DNA of 64,000 bases, taken from Methanomassiliicoccales archaeon. GTDB taxonomy: Archaea > Thermoplasmatota > Thermoplasmata > Methanomassiliicoccales > UBA472. Positions 58,117 to 64,000 of the stretch are shown in pieces (positions within the stretch are counted from its first letter, which is position 1; each line of letters begins with the position of its first letter). The notes under the pieces were generated by a model. That model searched no databases. It was not told where the DNA came from and saw nothing but the letters and a program-made list of their open reading frames with translations. The stretch covers positions 8,260-72,259 of the forward strand of contig DASXVU010000044.1 of NCBI GenBank assembly GCA_036504055.1. Reading direction: 5' to 3'. The translations under genes and the position numbers were made by a program.

Positions 58117-59670
58117 ATGTCAAAATACGAGTGCCCACGGTGCGGTTCGGGTGTCAAACCCAACGACATCCAATGTGACCGCTGTGGGGAGATGCTGAAA
58201 AAGGTCGACCCCCGCAAACAGAGAGAGGGCGATATGCCCTCCAACATCGTCATAGACAAGGTCATTGCGGAGGAGCAGACCCAGATCCGTCTGGACTCGT
58301 CAGATTTCACATCCTTGTCAAAGCTAAGGCAGATGCTCGAGGAAAAGGACAAGGAGATCGCCGCCCGGGAGAAGGTCATCCTCGAGAAGGAAAAACGGAT
58401 GCAGGAAACCTTCGACAAGATGGAGAAGGACCAAGGCCAGCTCGAAGAATCGGTGAAGCAGTTCGAGTCCGACCAGATAATGATCAAATGCAAGGAGATG
58501 TCCATCCGGGAGAGGGAGCAGGAACTGGAGCTGATGTCGGAGAAGTTCGACAGGGGCATACAGGAGATCATGCAGCTGGAGGACAAGCTCAAGTCCTCCC
58601 GTATAACCGCTGCCGATGTCCAGAAACTGGATGATATCAGGAAGAAGTACGGCACGGCGATCGAGAACGAGAAGGTCAAACTAAAGCAGGCCCTGGAAGT
58701 GGAGCTGGAGGCAAAGCTCACGGAAAAGGACCGGCTGGCCACAGAGCTCAAGGTAACAAAGGAACAGCTGGCTGAGGCAACCAAGAAGATCGTGGAGCTG
58801 CAGAGGTTGGTCAAGGTTGAGACGGGCCCCCACGCCACCGGCGAGAGGATGGAGGCGGAGGAGGTGAGCGCCCGCGCAGACATAACCGCCAAGGTGGCCG
58901 AACTGGTCAAGATAGTAAGACCGGAGCTCGACATCCAATTGGGAGCTGGTGTTCCCGCGGTCGGGCCGGACCGGACCATCCACACCCACATAGAGAAGTT
59001 CGATACCATTCTTGGAGGTGGAATACCGGAAGGCCACGTAATACTGGTGAACGGCGCTCCGGGGACGATGAAGTCCACTCTCACCTATACCATCCTTCAC
59101 AATGCCGCACTGTACGACGGGGTGAGATCGATGTACTTCTCGCTGGAACAGAGTCGTTTGTCGATCCTCAAACAGATGGCGCGGCTCAAGATGCCCTCAC
59201 CCGAGGCCGTCGAGCACATGACGGTCGTCGACATGGTCGATCTGCGCAGGGAGATGGAAGGGGCCCAGGGCGACTGGAGGGAGATCTTGCTGCGCTATGT
59301 CAAGAACATCTTCTCCGAGCGTCCGTTCCAGATATTTGTGCTCGATTCCCTCGATTCGTTCAAGGCCGTTTCCGATCACGATTTCACCCGCCAGGATCTC
59401 AAGGACCTTTTCGATTGGTTCAAATCCCTAGGGATCACGGTCATGCTGATCTCAGAGAAACCGATGCTCCAGCTCTTGGAGAGCGTACAGAGCGAGCTCT
59501 ACCTGGCCGACGGTGCCATCGAGATCACGATGAAGCAGATCGATGATTCCAGGATCCAGAGATGGGTGCGCTGTCCCAAGTTGCGCGGCATGAACATCGA
59601 CACCCGCTACTATGCGATGTTCCACGACGGCGAGCACTTCAATCTGACCGTACCGATCGTCGACCATTGA
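58117..59670 (+). CDS. Zinc ribbon + long coiled coil + KaiC-like domain protein, paralog 2
   Basis: CPRCG...CDRCG at the N-terminus. Heptad-rich Glu/Lys/Leu region at ~aa 65-270. C-terminal KaiC-like domain with P-loop GAPGTMKS (59053-59076), LEQS and Walker B IFVLDSLD. Confidence 0.8.
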   Translation: MSKYECPRCGSGVKPNDIQCDRCGEMLKKVDPRKQREGDMPSNIVIDKVIAEEQTQIRLDSSDFTSLSKLRQMLEEKDKEIAAREKVILEKEKRMQETFDKMEKDQGQLEESVKQFESDQIMIKCKEMSIREREQELELMSEKFDRGIQEIMQLEDKLKSSRITAADVQKLDDIRKKYGTAIENEKVKLKQALEVELEAKLTEKDRLATELKVTKEQLAEATKKIVELQRLVKVETGPHATGERMEAEEVSARADITAKVAELVKIVRPELDIQLGAGVPAVGPDRTIHTHIEKFDTILGGGIPEGHVILVNGAPGTMKSTLTYTILHNAALYDGVRSMYFSLEQSRLSILKQMARLKMPSPEAVEHMTVVDMVDLRREMEGAQGDWREILLRYVKNIFSERPFQIFVLDSLDSFKAVSDHDFTRQDLKDLFDWFKSLGITVMLISEKPMLQLLESVQSELYLADGAIEITMKQIDDSRIQRWVRCPKLRGMNIDTRYYAMFHDGEHFNLTVPIVDH

Positions 59671-59750
59671 TGAAATCGAAAATGATTACCAGTGTCGGAC
59701 ATTTGGAAAGATAGATTAAAAACGCTTCGCGGCTCTTTCTTGATCAGGAA

Positions 59751-60476
59751 GTGGTGGGAACGCAGATTTCGCGAGTAAAGACCTTCATCGAGAACCTTGA
59801 TGAGAACGTGCAAGGCGGGGTTCCGAAAGGGCATCTGGTCCTTTTGGCCGGAGCTCCTGGTACCATGAAGTCATCGATCGCCTATTCCATACTCTACCAG
59901 AATGCCATCAGGAGCGGCACCAAATCGCTCTATATGACGCTGGAGCAGTCAAGGGAGGGACTCAACCAGCAGATGGAATCGATGGGCATGAGCCCGGACA
60001 AGGTCCGCGATACGGTCAACGTGCTCGACCTGGGGATCATACGGAGATCCTTGACCCAGCTATCCGCCAAAGGCAGCTGGATGCAGGTCTTCAAGATGTA
60101 CGCGGAGAACCTGAAGGCATCCCTGGGCTATGAGATCCTGATCCTGGACTCGCTCGACGTGCTGGAGATGGCGGCTCAGATGAAGCCAGAGGAGAGGCGG
60201 GCGGAGCTGTTCTACATGTTCGAATGGCTCAGGGGCATGGGCGTGACCTGCTTCCTGATATCCGAGTGCAACCCGGACCAGTACAATTGCACCCACAGGG
60301 ACGAGGCATATTTGGCGGACGGGGTCATCCTTCTGAAGATGGCGGAGATCGGCGACACCGACGTTCAGCGCCGTATCCGCGTGGTCAAGATGCGTTCGAC
60401 CAACCATGCCAGCAACTATTTCTCGCTGCTTTTCGACCATGCGTCGTTCCGTGCCACCAGGGTACTGAGCGAGTAG
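59751..60476 (+). CDS. KaiC/RecA-superfamily single-domain ATPase-like protein, paralog 3 (deviant P-loop)
   Basis: Collinear with paralog 1. P-loop GAPGTMKS (59850-59873), LEQS, and Walker B ILILDSLD. GTG start. Confidence 0.78.
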   Translation: MVGTQISRVKTFIENLDENVQGGVPKGHLVLLAGAPGTMKSSIAYSILYQNAIRSGTKSLYMTLEQSREGLNQQMESMGMSPDKVRDTVNVLDLGIIRRSLTQLSAKGSWMQVFKMYAENLKASLGYEILILDSLDVLEMAAQMKPEERRAELFYMFEWLRGMGVTCFLISECNPDQYNCTHRDEAYLADGVILLKMAEIGDTDVQRRIRVVKMRSTNHASNYFSLLFDHASFRATRVLSE

Positions 60477-60477
60477 G

Positions 60478-62619
60478 TCAGCGTCCTGGCCGTCCGAGGA
60501 AGAACTTCTTCACGTCCGAGACCGGTTCATCGCTCTTCTCCATTTCCAGGTACTTTATGAATCGGGGGGCGCGGCTGTCCAGCACGACAGCGCATCCAAT
60601 GTCCTTTTCCGTCCGGATCAGCCTTCCTATGGATTGCATCATGCGGCGGGCCGCCGGGACGTTGACCGCATACTCGAAACCCTTGCCGCCGAAACGCTGG
60701 TCATAGAACTCGCGCAGGCGCTCCTGGCACAGAGAAGGCTTGGGGTAGGGAATGCCGACGATGACCACCAACTGCAGTTCATCAAAGGGAAAGTCCAGGC
60801 CTTCCGAGACCCGTCCCCCCATCACGGCGAAGAAGACCGCCCCTTTCCGTGAATCCCGTTTGAACCTTCCGATGTCGGCCACGAGCTTCTCCTGCGACTC
60901 CCCCTGCACCTCCCGGTAGATCTTCTTAGTGAGCAGCTTCTCGTTCCGGTACAGGTAGTTGTGGAGCATGGCATGGGAAGGGAAGAAGATCATGGTGTTG
61001 CGTGATACGGCGTTCGCCAGTTCGGTAACGTGATCATGCAGCTTCTGCACCGCGTTCGGGTCCGAGCGCGATTCGAACTTCGTCTCCACATCCTCTAAGA
61101 AGAGCACCTTACGGTTATCCTTGGGGAACGGGGACTCGAAGATGGCGGTCTTGGTGTTCTCGCCCAGACCGGTCACCCTGACATACTGGTCCAGCGGTCT
61201 GAGCGTCCCGGACATGTGTATCGAGCCATGTACCTCGTGGAAGAAGGAGAGCGCCCCCTTCGGGTCGAGGCAGTAGGCCTCGATCATTCCGCCTTCCTCC
61301 ATCGTCGCCCTGCGCACATAGCGGGCGTTGTCCGACGCCACCCAGTTGGTGAGGTCCCTTCCCAGCGTGAACGTCGCCGAGGTCGGCTCCCTTCCGCTCT
61401 GAAGACGCCTCTGGGCCATCTCCTCGCCTGTGGCCTGCATCTCGGCCACGATCTCGGCCAACTCACCCCTGTCGCAGCCTAGCGCTTCGCAGAGGGTGCC
61501 TTCGAGGAAACCCCGTCCCAGTGCGACCTCGTCCTTGCCCGATTCCGCACACAGTTCTCCAGCCCGGTCCAGTACGCTGAACAGTGCACCTGCCAACCTC
61601 TTAAGGTCGACGTCCTTGGACAGCTTCGCGTTGCCCATCTCACCGGCCTCAACCGTGACCATCGAGACGATCTTCTTGGTGATCCGGATGCTCTCGGCGT
61701 CCCTGGCCGCGTCCGCCAGGTTGTGGGCCTCGTCGACCACCAGGATGAGGTCGTCCGCCTCCGCCTGTAGCTGCTCCAGGAAATGGTGCCTGACCTCGCT
61801 GGAGATGATGTAAGGATAGGGTGCGATGACCACCTTCGCCTCCGGCATCAGCATCTTGCCCACCTCATAGGGGCAGGCCCCGTCCGTCTCGCAGAACCTG
61901 GAAAGTTCATCGGAGGTCGGGATATTATCAGCGCAATAGTTCTTGAAATATGAATGGCCCAGATGCACCGTGTTGGCATAGTAGGTGCAGCCGCCCTTGA
62001 CTCCGTCCCGGGTGTTCTTCTTCTTGTGCTCGCACACCCGCGACAGCTCTCCCGGGGTCAGGTTGTCTACTGAGAGCTCGGAGAGCATGGGGCAGCTGTT
62101 CCTCCTGCCTTGGAGCGATATCCCCATGACGTTACGCCGCTTGCCGATGGCACGGAGCTCCTTGATCGCTATGGTCGCCTGGGAGTTGGTCCGGGTGATA
62201 TACACGACCCGCTTGTCGTTGGCCAGTGCATACTCCACCGTCCCGGCCAGGGCACAAACTGTCTTGCCGGTCCCGGTACCCGACTCCACCACCAGGTTTC
62301 CTCTGGACTCCAGAACGTCTCCTATCAGCCTGACGAAGTCCATCTGGTGCGGACGAGGCAGGTACGGGAATATGGAATTGGGGTCCGGGTTCTCGGGAGG
62401 GGCGGATTCCTCACGAACCTCTTCCTCCTTTTCTTCACGGGTCCCGGCGAGCCTCGTCTGAAACTTGGGTTTGATGGTCTGCCCTCGTCCACCGCTGGAG
62501 CCTGTCCCGCCATCTCTGGAACGGGTCATACCACATTGACGGCAGACGAGCCTGTCGCCCACTGGGGTCATGATCGATTTGCAGCGGTCGCAGAACATCC
62601 CGGGCATGCAGAACGCCAA
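60478..62619 (-). CDS. xpd: XPD/Rad3-family (DinG-like) Fe-S helicase with N-terminal zinc ribbon
   Basis: The N-terminal CDRC...CRQC ribbon is followed by a Gly/Glu-rich linker. Walker A GTGTGKT, four-Cys Fe-S domain (SCPML, VCEHK, GCTYY, ACPYE), DEAH box VVDEAHNL, and C-terminal helicase motifs. Confidence 0.85.
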   Translation of the reverse strand: MAFCMPGMFCDRCKSIMTPVGDRLVCRQCGMTRSRDGGTGSSGGRGQTIKPKFQTRLAGTREEKEEEVREESAPPENPDPNSIFPYLPRPHQMDFVRLIGDVLESRGNLVVESGTGTGKTVCALAGTVEYALANDKRVVYITRTNSQATIAIKELRAIGKRRNVMGISLQGRRNSCPMLSELSVDNLTPGELSRVCEHKKKNTRDGVKGGCTYYANTVHLGHSYFKNYCADNIPTSDELSRFCETDGACPYEVGKMLMPEAKVVIAPYPYIISSEVRHHFLEQLQAEADDLILVVDEAHNLADAARDAESIRITKKIVSMVTVEAGEMGNAKLSKDVDLKRLAGALFSVLDRAGELCAESGKDEVALGRGFLEGTLCEALGCDRGELAEIVAEMQATGEEMAQRRLQSGREPTSATFTLGRDLTNWVASDNARYVRRATMEEGGMIEAYCLDPKGALSFFHEVHGSIHMSGTLRPLDQYVRVTGLGENTKTAIFESPFPKDNRKVLFLEDVETKFESRSDPNAVQKLHDHVTELANAVSRNTMIFFPSHAMLHNYLYRNEKLLTKKIYREVQGESQEKLVADIGRFKRDSRKGAVFFAVMGGRVSEGLDFPFDELQLVVIVGIPYPKPSLCQERLREFYDQRFGGKGFEYAVNVPAARRMMQSIGRLIRTEKDIGCAVVLDSRAPRFIKYLEMEKSDEPVSDVKKFFLGRPGR

Positions 62620-62749
62620 TGTCCACAGGGCTTAAAACCATTGCCGGGTACAATCAGCGCCAACCGAACGGTTGGGAAGGGTTGGGGCGGTTTTCCCTGC
62701 ATTGCTAGGTCTCAGAGAAGATATACCAGTCATTGCCAGCACCGTCAGG

Positions 62750-62757
62750 AATTAATA
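62750..62757 (+). promoter_or_regulatory. Candidate TATA box for tRNA-Val
   Basis: AATTAATA is centred ~30 nt upstream of tRNA position 1. Confidence 0.35.
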
Positions 62758-62783
62758 CCTTGAAGTGATGTTGTGGGATTCAA

Positions 62784-62859
62784 GGGCTCATGGTCTAGCG
62801 GTTATGACGTTTGCCTCACACGCAGAAGGTCGCCGGTTCGAATCCGGCTGAGCCCACCA
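62784..62859 (+). tRNA. tRNA-Val (anticodon CAC), genomically encoded CCA
   Basis: Folded by hand. Acceptor GGGCTCA/TGAGCCC; D arm GTCT...GAC; anticodon stem TTTGC/GCAGA with loop CTCACAC; T arm GCCGG-TTCGAAT-CCGGC; discriminator A then CCA. Confidence 0.9.
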
Positions 62860-63011
62860 TTAATTATCTCAATCGGTTGATTAGAAGGGTCGCACCTACC
62901 AAGGAAAAGCTCGCTTCGCTCACTCTTCTGTGGTCGCGACGGGGCGGGACATGGTCGTGCTTCTTCCCATTTTCAATATAAAGAATGATTTCGTCCAGCC
63001 TGATGTCCTTA

Positions 63012-63995
63012 TCAGATATTGTCATCATGTTCGACCGTTATCACAACTTTCCCTTTTACGAGCCCCTTTGAAAGATCGCTGAGAGCGCCCGGAACCTCGC
63101 TGAGTGGGATTCGCCTGTCTATGACCGGGATGAGCTTCTCGTTTTCAAGGAGCTCGAGCAAGAACCGCAGATCCTCCTCGTTGTTCACGTTCATCGGGTT
63201 GATGCCCATCTTCTTCTTGCTGGCAATGGAGACCAGAGGCCCTAGGAGGATCGACTGGAATATGGCGTATCTTGAGCCTCCAACCAGTACGAACAAGCCA
63301 TCTGGGGCCATGATGCGCCGGTAATTGAAGATCGACCGGCGCGCGACCGTATCCAAGATGAGGTCGTAGCGTTCCCCGCCCCTTGTGCAATCCTCCTTGG
63401 CGTAATCGATGACGTGGTCGGCCCCAATGGCACGAAGCATATCGAGCTTCCCTGCGTTGTCCACACCGGTTACCTCGGCCCCGTAATACTTCGCGATCTG
63501 CACAGCGAACGTGCCCATGCCGCCGCCAGCGCCGTTGATAAGGACCTTCTGCCCTTTCTTGAGGGGACGCTTGCCGCGAAGGCCCTGAAGGGCGATCTTG
63601 GCCGCCTGGGGGAAGGTGGCGGCGTCCTCAAAGGATATGCTGTCCGGTTTCCATACTAATGCATCTTCAGGTACCGCCACATACTCTGCGAAAGCGCCGA
63701 AGCCGCACGCGAATAAATCCCCGAAGACCGCCTCGCCTATCTTCAACCGCTTGATGTTCTTCCCGACCGCCACGACCCGACCCGCGACGTCCGATCCGGG
63801 TATTCTGTTCCTTGGCCTGAAGGGGCTAAAGATGCGGGCCGAGACAGCGCCGCCCAGGATCTCGAAATCGGCCGCGTTCAGTGAGGAAGCATGGACCTTC
63901 ACCAGTACCTGGTTGTCCCGGGGAGTCGGTCTCTCCACTTCCTCGAGTCTGAGGACGTCCGGCGGGCCGTATCGGTCACATACTATGGCTTTCAT
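63012..63995 (-). CDS. Medium-chain dehydrogenase/reductase (quinone oxidoreductase-like, NAD(P)-dependent)
   Basis: N-terminal GroES-like domain (MKAIV...GPPDVL.LEEV..P) and Rossmann motif INGAGGGMGTFAVQ. No structural-zinc Cys cluster is present. Confidence 0.85.
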   Translation of the reverse strand: MKAIVCDRYGPPDVLRLEEVERPTPRDNQVLVKVHASSLNAADFEILGGAVSARIFSPFRPRNRIPGSDVAGRVVAVGKNIKRLKIGEAVFGDLFACGFGAFAEYVAVPEDALVWKPDSISFEDAATFPQAAKIALQGLRGKRPLKKGQKVLINGAGGGMGTFAVQIAKYYGAEVTGVDNAGKLDMLRAIGADHVIDYAKEDCTRGGERYDLILDTVARRSIFNYRRIMAPDGLFVLVGGSRYAIFQSILLGPLVSIASKKKMGINPMNVNNEEDLRFLLELLENEKLIPVIDRRIPLSEVPGALSDLSKGLVKGKVVITVEHDDNI

Positions 63996-64000
63996 GGTGC

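Noticed and set aside
58092-59084. 330-aa Ser-rich ORF on the minus strand
   Set aside because: It is antisense to the Glu/Lys/Leu coiled-coil region of the middle KaiC-like gene. GAR/AAR/CTS codons read backwards give the Ser/Phe/Leu runs seen here. It is an artefact of the repeat composition.
62784-63011. tRNA-Val as an integration site for a mobile element
   Set aside because: I could not find a duplicated tRNA 3' fragment, integrase or phage-like genes on either side. The flanking genes are ordinary housekeeping or redox genes.
1-64000. Pyrrolysine (in-frame TAG) recoding, given the Methanomassiliicoccales-like gene content
   Set aside because: No methylamine methyltransferase or pyl genes lie in the window. 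TAG terminates well-defined genes at their expected ends, for example thermosome at 18346-18348 and gdhA at 35837-35839. No convincing ORF pair is split by a single TAG.
1-64000. CRISPR arrays, IS elements and rRNA genes
   Set aside because: No regularly spaced direct repeats, no transposase-like ORFs with terminal inverted repeats, and no rRNA-like conserved stretches were seen on reading through the window.

Overview
This is a compact, gene-dense archaeal chromosomal window. About 60 protein genes occupy both strands, with many 4-nt ATGA overlaps and abutting stop codons. I saw no rRNA, CRISPR array, transposase or integrase.

The gene content points to a Thermoplasmata / Methanomassiliicoccales-like methanogen; this is inference only, with no search run. 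Supporting genes are thermosome, PAN, aMBF1, TFS, PCNA, split transketolase, form III RuBisCO with AMP phosphorylase and ribose-1,5-bisphosphate isomerase, HdrB/HdrC, MvhD plus an HdrD-like protein, and geranylgeranyl reductase. TAG is used as an ordinary stop.

Main blocks:
- 1-16 kb: REC-PAS histidine kinase, two SDRs flanking a GPN-loop GTPase, PAN, MBF1, and a 1073-aa FN3-repeat surface protein.
- 16.7-23.4 kb: chaperone supercluster thermosome-grpE-dnaK-dnaJ-dnaJ. The dnaJ tandem duplication still carries a relic of the dnaK 3' end.
- 23.5-26.2 kb: two MFS paralogs.
- 27-30.7 kb: translationally coupled pentose-bisphosphate (AMP salvage) operon.
- 30.8-52 kb: PolX, GDH, DUF835, an uncharacterised Cys-rich 510-aa protein, a redox cluster, Trm5, GGR, tal/tkt, PCNA, TFS, a beta-CASP RNase and NadC.
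- 52-56.4 kb: hdrCB, two zinc-ribbon membrane paralogs, and mvhD plus the hdrD-like gene.
- 57.4-60.5 kb: three tandem KaiC-like ATPase genes.
- 60.5-64 kb: zinc-ribbon XPD-like helicase, tRNA-Val(CAC) and an MDR oxidoreductase.

Most interesting candidates:
1. The three-gene KaiC-like cassette. All three copies share a non-canonical P-loop (GxPGTMKS) and an LEQS motif. The middle gene is fused to a zinc ribbon and a long coiled coil.
2. The mvhD / hdrD-like junction. The first Cys of the ferredoxin motif lies upstream of the only canonical start codon, in the +1 frame relative to mvhD.
3. The DUF835 / 510-aa Cys-rich divergent gene pair.

All family assignments come from reading the translated ORFs by eye. 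No database search, HMM or alignment statistic was computed.
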